Sequence record: KF147891.1
DNA from: Pseudomonas phage PaBG
Reading direction: 5' to 3' (one strand)
DNA: 64,000 nt
A program made the position numbers and the translations under genes. Shown here piece by piece: positions 46,225 through 56,212 of the stretch. Every line of letters starts with the position of its first letter. Position 1 is the stretch's first letter. A model generated the notes under the pieces. It did no database searches. It was not told the DNA's origin and worked only from the letters and a program-made list of their open reading frames with translations.

Positions 46225-46731
46225 TCAGGTGCGCTTGTAGTAGTCGTAGGCGAAGGTCGCATCGACTGTCATCGCGGTACCACCCGAACCATCGAACTGA
46301 GCGTCAGGAACTTCTGTCGGCCAGATGTTGTAGATGGTGTAGTTCAGAGCCTCAGCACCAGTCTGGTCGTAGATGGTCATGACGGCGTTCGTGGCGTAGT
46401 CGCGCTTGAAGTTGCCGGACTGCGTGTCGGTCTCCCGGCACATTTCGCTCCAGTCTTCCAGCGTGGTGTTGATGACACCGTCGTAGGATTCGTGGAAGGA
46501 AATGCTCATGGAGTTGCTGAAGGTCTTGCGGGCAGCGTGGACAGTCTTGTGACCGAACAGCTCCATTTCAGCTTGTTGCACCGACATACCGGGTTTTACG
46601 CCGGACTTACATTGCACGCGCAGCGTACGGTTGTCACCGCCGCCAGGCACTCGCGTGAATACCAGGTCGAAGTTGTCGTTGAGCATCGGGTCGCCGACGT
46701 TCAACACCTCGTCAAGAGACGGCTTGGGCAT
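46225..46731 (-). CDS. tail tube protein (168 aa)
   Basis: Size and position immediately downstream of sheath; GAGGT RBS; followed by terminator. Confidence 0.6.
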   Translation of the reverse strand: MPKPSLDEVLNVGDPMLNDNFDLVFTRVPGGGDNRTLRVQCKSGVKPGMSVQQAEMELFGHKTVHAARKTFSNSMSISFHESYDGVINTTLEDWSEMCRETDTQSGNFKRDYATNAVMTIYDQTGAEALNYTIYNIWPTEVPDAQFDGSGGTAMTVDATFAYDYYKRT

Positions 46732-46752
46732 AGATCACCTCAGAAGTGTGGA

Positions 46753-48339
46753 TTACTGCGTACGGTCGTTGACGCTGATGGCGTACTGAATCTGACCGGT
46801 GCGCGGCACGATTGCGTTCAGGTGGATACGCTTGGCAATCATCATCGGATCGACGTAAACGTCGAGGACACAATCACCGGACGCTTCCAGCTCGGGCGGG
46901 TTGTTGCTGGAGTCGCAGATGATCTCGTAGCCATACAGACCACGGCCACGCTTGACTGGACCCAGAATGTCTTCGGCGATACCAGAGAGCTGCAGGCGCA
47001 GCGTGGCATCGTTTTGCTCGAACACACCCGCGAGGGCAGCGATCTTCAACTGGGCCATCAGGCTGTTCATCAGGCGGCGAACGTGAATGTTCGATAGCGC
47101 AGACGCGAAGCCTTGCAGGGTCTCTTGCGACCACAGTACCAAACCGTAGTTCGGCATCTTGTGGATGAAGTTGACCTGGTTCTGATCCAGCGTGTCACGG
47201 TCGCCTTGCTTGTACACTTGGCGAACGCCGTTTGCCAGAATCTTACCGCGGGTCACACCCGCAGGTGCGAACCACTCGGCAGCGACGCGATCGGTCCGAG
47301 CGTAGCACGCGGCGACATAGCCCGAGGGCGGGCAGAAGATCGTCACGTTGTCTTCGTTGGTGATCGACAAATCCGGCGTGTAGATGCCGGCGAAGGAGCT
47401 GCTCAGGTTCAGCGTGTTGCGGCGGTAAGCCACAGCTTGCTGGGTGCTCTGGAAGTCTGAAGGCATATCGAGAATGGCGAACGCATCGCCACGCTGTTCT
47501 GCCACTTCCGCCATCTTCAGGTGCACTGCCGGAGAGGCATAGCCGCCGTTGATCAGCAGGGTGACAGTGATTTCCTCGGTGTCCGCGTAGGCGTCCCAGC
47601 CATCGATGATGTCGTCCATCGTGATGGCGTCACCGTCATTGCCGTGAGTCAGATCACCAGCGATAACCGAGTTCACCAAGCGCACGCGCTCGTTGTCACG
47701 GTACTTCGGATGGTCACGATTCACGCGGGCGCGCAGGCGGGAGCTTTTCTGCTCCAGTTGATCTTCGATGCTCAGTTGGCGGCCGTAACCATCGACAGTC
47801 TCGCGCAGGGTAGCGCGGTAACTTTCGACGGCGATAGTGGCGCTGCCTTCGTAGACATCGAGGACGAACAGTTCGTTGGCGATATCGGAAGTGTCCGGGT
47901 ACGCCACGATGCGCAGGTCGTTGTTCCAGTTGCCAGGGTCAGCAGCGTACAGGAACAGGACATCGTTCTCGTTGAAGGAGTAGTCGTCGGGAGTATCGAA
48001 ACCCTCGACGCTGTTCTGGATGGTTGCGAACTCGTTGACAGTGGCGATCCGTACAGAACCGAACTTGGCGTTGCGGGCCACGCGCAGGTAGTACAGTTGG
48101 CTGGCTTCCGACAAGAACTGCTCCGCACAGAAGTGTGCGAAGGTCAGCTTAGCGTCAGGCGCGCCGAACTTGGATCGGAAGTTTTTCTTGTCAACCGTGA
48201 GTGTCGGTACACCGACAGGGCCGCGCTTCGACGGGCCCACCATGGCACCAATCGACGACGAAACGGCGACACCGCGGACCGACTGGTCATCGATGGCACC
48301 GTAAACGCCGGCGCTGGAGCTGCTGCCGTTGTTCAACAT
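46753..48339 (-). CDS. contractile tail sheath protein (528 aa)
   Basis: Sheath-family signatures (GVYGAIDDQSVRGVAVSSSIGAMVG; ...MPNYGLVLWSQETLQG...); GGAGA RBS. Confidence 0.85.
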   Translation of the reverse strand: MLNNGSSSSAGVYGAIDDQSVRGVAVSSSIGAMVGPSKRGPVGVPTLTVDKKNFRSKFGAPDAKLTFAHFCAEQFLSEASQLYYLRVARNAKFGSVRIATVNEFATIQNSVEGFDTPDDYSFNENDVLFLYAADPGNWNNDLRIVAYPDTSDIANELFVLDVYEGSATIAVESYRATLRETVDGYGRQLSIEDQLEQKSSRLRARVNRDHPKYRDNERVRLVNSVIAGDLTHGNDGDAITMDDIIDGWDAYADTEEITVTLLINGGYASPAVHLKMAEVAEQRGDAFAILDMPSDFQSTQQAVAYRRNTLNLSSSFAGIYTPDLSITNEDNVTIFCPPSGYVAACYARTDRVAAEWFAPAGVTRGKILANGVRQVYKQGDRDTLDQNQVNFIHKMPNYGLVLWSQETLQGFASALSNIHVRRLMNSLMAQLKIAALAGVFEQNDATLRLQLSGIAEDILGPVKRGRGLYGYEIICDSSNNPPELEASGDCVLDVYVDPMMIAKRIHLNAIVPRTGQIQYAISVNDRTQ

Positions 48340-48390
48340 GAAATGGTCTCCATGGGTGGATAGGTATAGTTCTTCATACCTGCATAGAAA

Positions 48391-49776
48391 TTAGCTTGCC
48401 TGCAGGATGGAACACCGTACAGTTTCGTCTTCTTTGGCGTACAACTTGACGATGCCGCTAAACTTTCCGTTGAGGGTGAACAAGCCGTTGATTTCCAGTT
48501 GCAGTGCAATTTGCTGCACGACATCCGTCTCAGGCTCGTCCGGTGTTTCTGGCTGCTCTGGTTGCACAGGACCGCTACGAAGAATGGGCGTCTCTTCCCG
48601 AATGATCGTAGGCGCTCCGCCAACATTGGAGTCGGCGTAGGTGACAGTCAGCACGGTGTCTTGGTCGAAGATCGAACCCAGCGTGTAGCGTGCCTCGTAG
48701 ATGCCTGTGTTCAACCCGACACGATTGGCACGCACGCGGACAAACTTGTTGGTCTGCTTGCCTGCGATAACCAGATCGACGTACTCTGTGAGGACGTCCG
48801 GATCATCCACACGGAACACGGCTTCCAGAGTAGGCTGCACATTCTCCGGCACCGTGAGCACACCCAGAGTGGGTTGCTGTGTGATCTGGATTTGCTTGGT
48901 AATCGTCTGGAGACTACCGTACATGTCGGCGAAAGCGTACTCAGTGATCAGGGTGTCGCCTTCTTGGGTGTCGAGCAGGTGCTGCGACAGATCAACGCTC
49001 TGTGCCCAATGGCCACCATCGGCAGGCATCAGGTACGACACCAACCGCTCGCCTGTGCGCTGTAGTGTCAGAGTGACGAATGGCGTACTGCCGTTGTTCT
49101 CAGCAAACAAGGCAATGCCGAGTCGACCATTCGGAGGGCACGCCCGACGCGCTTCCAGTACAGGCATCTGGAACGCGCTAACGACAGTGATGTTCTTCAC
49201 CACGTTCACAGGTTCACCGGAGCTGCCGCGGCCGTCTTGGTAGATGACCCGTAGGACATCATCAGGTGAGGCGTGCATGATCCCGTCGAAGTCTTCGCCT
49301 CGGATAGGCTTGAGTTCGATGTAGATGGTGCTGCGGTACATGCTGTCCGCAATCTTATCCAGCATCAGGTACTCGGTCTCGCCCGTTGTCGCATTGAACA
49401 CCGTGACCTGTAGCTTGTCCTTGACGACATCAGGATCGTACACTGCAATCTGCAGGTGGGCGTTGGTATTGACCTCACTCTCCGCATAGATCACACCAGT
49501 CGTATAGGTCGTACCGGGCTCTTCCGGATACTCCACGTCGGGTGGGCCGGGGATCAAGTGTGCGATCACCGGGAAGGCAGTGGCGATCTGCAAAAACTTG
49601 TTGGAGTTGCGTGTGATGATATGCGGCTTGGTGCGTGTGACTTCGACGTCCAGTTGGCTGATCGAGCTGGACTTGGCGCTCACCATGGCACGCTTGGCGC
49701 TTTTCTTACCCAAGCGATCCACTAGATACGTCCTGGATTCAGTGACGACTGTGGTGTCTCCGAGTAGCTTATCCAT
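48391..49776 (-). CDS. virion structural protein (461 aa), neck/tail-completion candidate
   Basis: Between head genes and sheath; beta-rich composition. Confidence 0.4.
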   Translation of the reverse strand: MDKLLGDTTVVTESRTYLVDRLGKKSAKRAMVSAKSSSISQLDVEVTRTKPHIITRNSNKFLQIATAFPVIAHLIPGPPDVEYPEEPGTTYTTGVIYAESEVNTNAHLQIAVYDPDVVKDKLQVTVFNATTGETEYLMLDKIADSMYRSTIYIELKPIRGEDFDGIMHASPDDVLRVIYQDGRGSSGEPVNVVKNITVVSAFQMPVLEARRACPPNGRLGIALFAENNGSTPFVTLTLQRTGERLVSYLMPADGGHWAQSVDLSQHLLDTQEGDTLITEYAFADMYGSLQTITKQIQITQQPTLGVLTVPENVQPTLEAVFRVDDPDVLTEYVDLVIAGKQTNKFVRVRANRVGLNTGIYEARYTLGSIFDQDTVLTVTYADSNVGGAPTIIREETPILRSGPVQPEQPETPDEPETDVVQQIALQLEINGLFTLNGKFSGIVKLYAKEDETVRCSILQAS

Positions 49777-50428
49777 TCTTCACCTCAATGCCGGTGGTGA
49801 CTTCGCCGCGATTGTTGACCTTCGGCACGTCGCGCATCGCACCAAGCTTGGTGTTGATTGTGAAGGACAGTACGAGGTCCATGCCCTCAGGGTCGGCCTC
49901 GAGGTCCTTGTCCGAACGAGGAATCGGAATGCTCTCCGAGTCCAGTTTGACTTCAACGATCCACGACACGCCTTCGTATTCAACTCGGGCGTTCATCTTA
50001 CCCGAATGGGCGACGATGAGGGCACGAGTGCAGAAGTTCATGGCATCGATGATGTCTTTGGTGACGTAGTGCACCTCGGCCTGAATAGAGCACGGGAACA
50101 GAAACGCCTTCTTGAGTACAGCGTTTGCCAACTCATCGAATGTGGCGCCCATGCTATGGCGAGCTGCTGTCTTGACTGCTTGCTGGTCCTTGACCAATCC
50201 AAGGCTACCCAGCGAGTAGTACGAATACGGGTAAAGGTCGGCGACGTTGATGTTGGCGTCGTCCACACCTTTTTTCAGGTGACGCTTGACGTCCTGCGAT
50301 TGCACCAGAGGCAATGCCTCAAGAGCGAAGAACCGCTTCACCGCTTCACGGAACGTGTATAGCGTGATGTATGCAGGACTGTTCTTTTGGAGAATGCGTT
50401 CCGTGTTATCGGTGAGCTGTAACGACAT
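49769..50428 (-). CDS. virion structural protein (~219 aa)
   Basis: ATG 50428 just downstream of terminator 50441-50474; ORF-track start 50479 would run through terminator. Confidence 0.45.
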   Translation of the reverse strand: MSLQLTDNTERILQKNSPAYITLYTFREAVKRFFALEALPLVQSQDVKRHLKKGVDDANINVADLYPYSYYSLGSLGLVKDQQAVKTAARHSMGATFDELANAVLKKAFLFPCSIQAEVHYVTKDIIDAMNFCTRALIVAHSGKMNARVEYEGVSWIVEVKLDSESIPIPRSDKDLEADPEGMDLVLSFTINTKLGAMRDVPKVNNRGEVTTGIEVKNG

Positions 50429-50440
50429 GGAAAATACCCC

Positions 50441-50474
50441 AGAAATGAAAGTGGCGACCCTAAGGCCGCCACAG
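50441..50474 (-). terminator. conserved-family intrinsic terminator
   Basis: GTGGCGACC-CTAA-GGCCGCCAC preceded by cagaaatgaaa. Confidence 0.75.
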
Positions 50475-50475
50475 T

Positions 50476-50949
50476 TCAACTCTTGTACCGAATCGGACCA
50501 CTCAGGACAGCCTGGGCGGTAGAAGCCACAGCTTCCTCTTCTTCGTCCGCTTCTTCCTCATCCTCTTCGAGGTCTTCGTCGACCCCGTTCACGTCTTCGT
50601 CGTCTTCGAGGAAATCCTCGTCGAGCGCTTCATCCGCGAAGTCATCACCGTCCAGCTCATCACCCTCGTCGAGGAACGACGCAGTTGCGAGTTGGCGAGA
50701 TACACGATTGGACAGGGAAACGAAATCAGTTGCGGAGGCTGCTGCCAGAGACGGCGCAAGTGTGTTTTCCGCTTGTGGCGTAGAGCCATCATTCCGCACC
50801 GCAGTGGGCGCAGGCTTCATCACCTCAGACACGAACTGGGTAAGGTCGTCACCGAACTCACCAGCTTTGGCCATGTACTTGAGGCAGTCTTCCTGGTTGC
50901 CCTGCTGAAGGGCGATAACGGCAAGCGCGAGAAACTGTTTGCCGCTCAT
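50476..50949 (-). CDS. acidic head-module protein (~157 aa)
   Basis: ATG 50949 with GGAG RBS; C-terminal D/E-rich tail; followed by conserved terminator. Confidence 0.5.
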   Translation of the reverse strand: MSGKQFLALAVIALQQGNQEDCLKYMAKAGEFGDDLTQFVSEVMKPAPTAVRNDGSTPQAENTLAPSLAAASATDFVSLSNRVSRQLATASFLDEGDELDGDDFADEALDEDFLEDDEDVNGVDEDLEEDEEEADEEEEAVASTAQAVLSGPIRYKS

Positions 50950-51055
50950 CGTTCGTACTCCTGCAAAGGGTGTAGACTGAAACGCAGGCGGGTCGGAGGG
51001 CGCTCTCCTAACCGCCTGCATCATGTACTACACGCAGCACGCTGTCCCAGTGGGA

Positions 51056-52162
51056 TTAGGCGCGCTTGCCCTTGACGACGGAGCGAACGTTGGCCAGGAC
51101 GAGCGAGAACGGCTCGACCATGAACCAGCCGCGGGTGCTGTTACCGGCATCGGCGCCGTTGGTCGGGGTGGACTGGATGCCGCCACGAGTGGAGTAGGCA
51201 CCGTGGTTACGCGGATCGGAGACCACGTAGATTTCGCCCGGGTTCAGGACCTTCTGGTTCGGCTGGCGGAAGGCATCGGTGATGATGTTCATGCCGACCA
51301 GGGTACCGATCTGACCGTTCAGCACCAGGTCATACTTGGTGATCGGGTCGAAGAAGGTGGCGAAGTCGTTGCTGCCGATCACGTCGGCCCAGTAGTCGTT
51401 GGCCAGCAGGATGTGAGTAGCCGGCAGGCCCCACTTGGCGATTTGCTGACGCAGACGACCCAGGTTCTTGGTGGTCAGTTCGCCGGCGATCAGCTCCAGG
51501 TTGTTGACGACGCCGACGGTCTGGTCAGCGGCCTTCTTCCACAGGCGGTCTTCGGCAACCATGATGGCTTGCAGACCGTCGTTGTAGGCGTGGTCCAGCA
51601 GGTCACCGTTGACTTGTTGGATGTCCAGGTTTTCAACGCGAACGTTGGCCTGAATCTCGAACTCGTCCGGGGTGAACACGCGCTGACGAATGGTCTGGTA
51701 GCCGGTGTTGCTGGAGCTGGTGGCGACCACGGCCATGGTGTCGTGAGCGGGCATCGGAACGCGCTGTACTTCGCCTTGCTTGAGGGTGTTACCCACCATC
51801 AGCTTGCGGACGAAGCCTTCGCGGTCAGCTTGGTCGCTGATCTGCTGAGCCAGGCTGGCACCCAGAGCGGACCACTTCTGCGGGTCAACCATGGCTTCGC
51901 GCAGCACTTCGCGGCGAGCTTCGGCAGCAGCCACAGCTTCTTCGCGGGCGCTCGGAGCGCGACGTTGTTCGATGATTTCGCCGGAAGCGTAGGCGGACAT
52001 CATCTGGCCGATGACCTGCATGGCCTCCTTGACGGAACCGGCGTTGATTTCGCCAGTCGAGGAGCTCAGGGCCAGCTCGCGGCCTTTGCCGAGACGCAGG
52101 TCTTCCAGGGGCGAGCCGTCCTTCAGGACCATGCGGGCGCCGGTGAATGCGTGTTGAGTCAT
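51056..52162 (-). CDS. major capsid protein (~368 aa)
   Basis: Size, position after scaffold-like acidic protein, high expected expression (GGAGA RBS, codon-typical), HK97-like composition; ATG 52162. Confidence 0.65.
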   Translation of the reverse strand: MTQHAFTGARMVLKDGSPLEDLRLGKGRELALSSSTGEINAGSVKEAMQVIGQMMSAYASGEIIEQRRAPSAREEAVAAAEARREVLREAMVDPQKWSALGASLAQQISDQADREGFVRKLMVGNTLKQGEVQRVPMPAHDTMAVVATSSSNTGYQTIRQRVFTPDEFEIQANVRVENLDIQQVNGDLLDHAYNDGLQAIMVAEDRLWKKAADQTVGVVNNLELIAGELTTKNLGRLRQQIAKWGLPATHILLANDYWADVIGSNDFATFFDPITKYDLVLNGQIGTLVGMNIITDAFRQPNQKVLNPGEIYVVSDPRNHGAYSTRGGIQSTPTNGADAGNSTRGWFMVEPFSLVLANVRSVVKGKRA

Positions 52163-52213
52163 GTTCGTTTTCTCCAAAAGGAATTGATGCGACGCAGACG
52201 GACTGGCGCGCGA

Positions 52214-52900
52214 TTACACGTTGACGCGCAGGACCAGCGCGGCGTTCTCGGCGCTCGGGGCGCTGATGATCTGGACGTTGGTCAGCAGGGTGCCGCTACC
52301 GCCGACGGTGAAGCGACCGTCCGGGCCGAGGCGCGGAGTGATCTGACCAGCGAAGTCGGCACTGGCGTCGAAGAAGGTGGTAGCCACTTCGCCGCGGGTG
52401 ATGACGCCGGTAACGCCCTGGTAGGAAGCGGAGATACCGCCGATCGGTGCGTCGCCCAGAATCTGACGAGCTTCGCTCAGGGTCGGCTCGTAGGCCATCT
52501 GGATGCTGTAGGAAGCACCGACGTGATCGCCGTGGAAGGTCACGACTTGGCCAGCCAGTTGAACGGCAGTGGCATCAGCCGGAGCGCCAGCACCGACGGT
52601 AACCTTGGTGCCTTCGACCTTGACCAGCACTTGGCCAGCCAGCGGCAGACGCGGCAGTTCGATGGCGCCCGAAGCCGGGACGACGCCTTCGCCAACCCAG
52701 GGCAGGATTTCCGGCGGGCTATTGCGGGTCATGGCGATACCAGCGAAGACTTCGCCGCTCGCGCCAGTGGACGGCTTGACGACGGTCTCGTTGCCTTCGA
52801 CCACGTTGACCAGGGCAACGCCTTCTTCACGGATGATGCTGCCAGTTTCGACTTTGCGGTGCTCGGTCAGGAACAGGCGAGTGTATTTTTGAACCAGCAT
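52214..52900 (-). CDS. head structural / decoration protein candidate (228 aa)
   Basis: Gly/Val/Thr-rich beta-type protein between scaffold-like and capsid genes; GGAGA RBS. Confidence 0.4.
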   Translation of the reverse strand: MLVQKYTRLFLTEHRKVETGSIIREEGVALVNVVEGNETVVKPSTGASGEVFAGIAMTRNSPPEILPWVGEGVVPASGAIELPRLPLAGQVLVKVEGTKVTVGAGAPADATAVQLAGQVVTFHGDHVGASYSIQMAYEPTLSEARQILGDAPIGGISASYQGVTGVITRGEVATTFFDASADFAGQITPRLGPDGRFTVGGSGTLLTNVQIISAPSAENAALVLRVNV

Positions 52901-52917
52901 GGTGTGTTCTCCAGGTA

Positions 52918-54849
52918 TTAGCGCTTACCGAGACCAGCCAGTGCGAGAGTCATACGCGCGGCGAAGTCTTGGGGCTGATGGGTGGACGCAGTGGCTTCTT
53001 CGCGCACCGTTTCCTTCTTCTCGACCTGCACCGGACGACCGAGTGGCATCGGGGCAGAAGACGCGTTGGCTTCTTCGCTGGCATTGGTGCCGGCGAGAGC
53101 CTCGGCGATTTCGTTCTGGGTTTCGAGGCTGTAACCCATGATCTGGTTCGCCTTGGCGAGCAGCATCGAGTGGTAGGCGTCGCTGTGTTGCGCGAAAGCC
53201 TTGGCCACCAGGGCGGAAGCGTTGTCGAGACCCACAGAGGACAGCGATTCGATCAGCGATTGCTGGATCGGGTTCGACTGGCCTTTGAAGAAGTTCTTGC
53301 TGTAGCCCAGGGCGGCAGTAGCGAGGGCGCCGTTCAGACGGTCCTGCAGTTCTGCTTTGTCGCGCTCGGCGCTGGCAGTGACTTCTTGGGTACGTGCAGC
53401 GACTTGCTGGGCAACCTCGGCCTGGACATAGTCCGCGACCTGGATTTCAGGCTTGATTTCCTGGAAGCCCATGTTCTCCAGCGCGGCAGGAACACCGTGC
53501 TGACTGGCTTGCGCTTTGAAGGCGCGGCCGAACACTTCGCTGTTGAAGATTTCCTTGTGCTTGTCGCAGGCGGAAGCCATTGCGATAGCCATCGGAACGC
53601 GGTCGTAGAAAGCGACCCAGGCGTTTTCGCCTTGAACGTTGGCATACGCCACGTCCAGCTTGCTCACGTCCATGTCGCCGCTCAGGGCAACGAAGGAGGC
53701 GGCAACGGCGACCATGCGCTCAGGCTCTTGGACGGAAGCAGTAGCTTCTTCGACACGAGGCTTACGATTGCGAGCGCGGCCGTTGTCGGCGTAGCGGACG
53801 CTGGAGACGGACAGGGTGAGGGAATCGTCTTCCTCATCATCCTCTTCTTCGTCTTCTTCGTCGAGGTCATCCTCGTCCTCATCGGACTCGTCTTCTTCCT
53901 CTTCCTCGTCGTCTTCTTCCTCGTCTTCTTCGGACTCATCGTCCTCTTCGTCGAGGTCGTCCTCTTCTTCCTCATCCTCATCCTCGTCGTCCTCATCGGA
54001 CGCCAGGGCAGGATTCAGATCGTCGCGGACTTCGCCAACATCGGAGTCGTCTTCGACACCGGCAGTGGCTTCTTCGTCTTCCGGGTCCAGCAGGCCGGAC
54101 GAGCAGCTCGGGCAGAAGACCGGCATGTCGTCGCTGGATACCACGTGGGCACCGCAGGCGCTGGAGGCGCAGACGAAGTGGTGGGCGTCCAGCTCGGCGC
54201 CGGAACTGGAGAGGGACTCCAGAATGCTCGGCTGCTGGTCAGCGACCACAGTGGCTTCATTGCCGGTGTACACGTCGTAGTTGGCGTCGCCAGCTACAGC
54301 GATCAGCACGTCGCCAGACTTGATGGTACGGGTTTCACCTTCACCGCTGATAGCGGCGCGGTAGGCGGCAACAGCTTCTTCCAGGGTCTTACCGGAGGCG
54401 ATGGCGCTTTCCTGAACCTGGCAGCCGTCGCATTCGCCGTCTTCTTCACCAGCCGACAGGGCAGCGATCTGCTCGTCGGTCAGGTCTTCGAGAACGGAGG
54501 CGCAGGCAGGGCAATGCTTGAGCAGCTCGGCGTCATCCGCGAGGATGTGCGCGTTGCAGCCGGCGGTGCACACGGTGTAGTTGACGTTGACGGCGTCGCT
54601 GTCGGACGACAGGAACTCCATTTGCTCGACCAGACCATCACCAACTTTCAGGTCATCCACGCCGGTCAGCGGGTTGAGCATGTTGATGTCGGAGCTAGCG
54701 GACGACAGGACGACGAAAGAATCGTCTGCGGTGTGCAGGGCCTGTGCGTCTTGGCCAGTGGCCACAGCGCGATAGAGTTCTTGAACGTCTTCCAGAGAGT
54801 TGCCGGCAACCACGATACCGCGGATGGGGGTACGTTGATGCTTGGACAT
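52918..54849 (-). CDS. scaffold-like protein with two Zn-ribbons and ~55-aa poly-D/E tract (~644 aa)
   Basis: ATG 54849 with GGAGA RBS; CxxxC...CPAC, CDGC, CASSACGAH...CPSC; DDEDEDEEEEDDLDEEDDESEEDEEEDDEEEEEDESDEDEDD...; immediately upstream of capsid genes. Confidence 0.5.
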   Translation of the reverse strand: MSKHQRTPIRGIVVAGNSLEDVQELYRAVATGQDAQALHTADDSFVVLSSASSDINMLNPLTGVDDLKVGDGLVEQMEFLSSDSDAVNVNYTVCTAGCNAHILADDAELLKHCPACASVLEDLTDEQIAALSAGEEDGECDGCQVQESAIASGKTLEEAVAAYRAAISGEGETRTIKSGDVLIAVAGDANYDVYTGNEATVVADQQPSILESLSSSGAELDAHHFVCASSACGAHVVSSDDMPVFCPSCSSGLLDPEDEEATAGVEDDSDVGEVRDDLNPALASDEDDEDEDEEEEDDLDEEDDESEEDEEEDDEEEEEDESDEDEDDLDEEDEEEDDEEDDSLTLSVSSVRYADNGRARNRKPRVEEATASVQEPERMVAVAASFVALSGDMDVSKLDVAYANVQGENAWVAFYDRVPMAIAMASACDKHKEIFNSEVFGRAFKAQASQHGVPAALENMGFQEIKPEIQVADYVQAEVAQQVAARTQEVTASAERDKAELQDRLNGALATAALGYSKNFFKGQSNPIQQSLIESLSSVGLDNASALVAKAFAQHSDAYHSMLLAKANQIMGYSLETQNEIAEALAGTNASEEANASSAPMPLGRPVQVEKKETVREEATASTHQPQDFAARMTLALAGLGKR

Positions 54850-54997
54850 GTGGTTGTCTCCAAGGAAGTTTGCAGGGTTGGCAGGACCAACAGCCTGCGA
54901 CTTGTTATCGCAACTTCTGTCACGATACGCATAAATTGCAAAAAGCAAAAATGCGCTCCAAATCGCAGATTGTCAGCAAGTTGTATAAACAGCAGAA

Positions 54998-55960
54998 TTA
55001 GGCCTTCTGCTGCTTGTTGCGCATCCGAGTGAGTTTCTCCAGCAACGCCTTGCGTTCAGCCTTGTTGGTGGCCTTACCGATGGTAGTAACAGCAATGCTT
55101 CCATCGAGGCGCCGGCGAGCACCTGCCTTGTTGCGGAAGACGTGAAGGTCCCCGTTCGGATGGATAACGATTGGCAGGTAACCAAAGGCGGTAGTCAGTA
55201 CGCCTTCGATGGCATAGGGCGTACGGCCGCCAGGATGCTTCTTGAACACGTTTTTGATTCGGAAACCGTATTCCTTGAACTCAGCTTTGATCGGATCGAC
55301 CACGCTCTTGGGTGCAGTTACCCAAGTAGACGGTTTCTTATCCGGCTTGGCTACCGAAGCCTTGGGTGTGATCGTCGCTTTCGGCTTGAACGTGTCCGCG
55401 GAGAGGCGCTTAACGGCACGATTCGGTCGCACACCCATACGGGATTCTGCGGCGGCTTTGTCCGGATATGGACCAGAGAGCGGCGTTGCAGGGCGCGTGG
55501 ACGTATCCACCACGAACCAAGCTTTGTCACCAGCGGGTGTTGCAGCTTTCGCCTTCGCTTTCAACAAAGCCAGTTTGTTCTCCAGCTTGGCACGATCTTC
55601 AACCTTCAAGCGAACTCCTGTGATCTTTCCGTCGAGGGCGGCTTTTATCAGGCCCTTTAAGTCGGTACGCTTGAATTTTTTCAGCTGGGTATCTGACAGA
55701 ATGTGCCGCTTGCTGCTCCACATGTTACGAAGGTCGCCATCAGCCAGATAGTGCGTATAGCACGGAGAGGCTGCGAAGCCTTCGATCTTGATGCGATCCA
55801 CTTTCGGGTCACCGATACCACGAGCTGCACTGGTGCGACGGGCGCCCAGTTTCCAGACATTCATGGAATCGATTTTGCCGTTCTTTTCCGTGTAAACGAT
55901 GTCACCTGACTGGAGCGCTTTCGCAGCCACCGCTTCCAGAAGATTGATTTTGATGAGCAT
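54998..55960 (-). CDS. basic K/A/P-rich protein (320 aa), possible DNA-binding/internal head protein
   Basis: AAGGA RBS; N-terminus MLIKINLLEAVAAKA shared with adjacent small gene; K-rich low complexity. Confidence 0.45.
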   Translation of the reverse strand: MLIKINLLEAVAAKALQSGDIVYTEKNGKIDSMNVWKLGARRTSAARGIGDPKVDRIKIEGFAASPCYTHYLADGDLRNMWSSKRHILSDTQLKKFKRTDLKGLIKAALDGKITGVRLKVEDRAKLENKLALLKAKAKAATPAGDKAWFVVDTSTRPATPLSGPYPDKAAAESRMGVRPNRAVKRLSADTFKPKATITPKASVAKPDKKPSTWVTAPKSVVDPIKAEFKEYGFRIKNVFKKHPGGRTPYAIEGVLTTAFGYLPIVIHPNGDLHVFRNKAGARRRLDGSIAVTTIGKATNKAERKALLEKLTRMRNKQQKA

Positions 55961-55969
55961 GGTAGGTCC

Positions 55970-56212
55970 TTATTGGTTGTACGCTTTGGAATTTTTCATC
56001 AGACTGTCGTATACGACAGGTGAGATGGCAAACACCTCGTCGTTCAGTTTGATCTGACGACCCTTATTAGTGATCGCTAAGCTGAACACTTGGCCGGTTT
56101 GTACCGTACCGATGTCCAGCTGAGTGTCGCGTCCTTTGTACACGCGATGGAACCATCGCGGCTCATCGCCGGCCAGGGCTTCATTCAGGTTGATCTTGAT
56201 GCGCACGATCAC
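55970..56212 (-). CDS. small protein sharing N-terminal motif with 54998-55960 (~80 aa)
   Basis: Likely GTG start overlapping upstream stop (AAGGAAGAGTGATCGTG); VRIKINLNEALAG. Confidence 0.35.
   Translation of the reverse strand: MIVRIKINLNEALAGDEPRWFHRVYKGRDTQLDIGTVQTGQVFSLAITNKGRQIKLNDEVFAISPVVYDSLMKNSKAYNQ

Noticed and set aside
48340-48390. Short hairpin aggtat-N8-atacct upstream of the sheath gene
   Set aside because: Only a 6-bp stem with no U-tract and no second copy; judged too weak to call a terminator or processing site.
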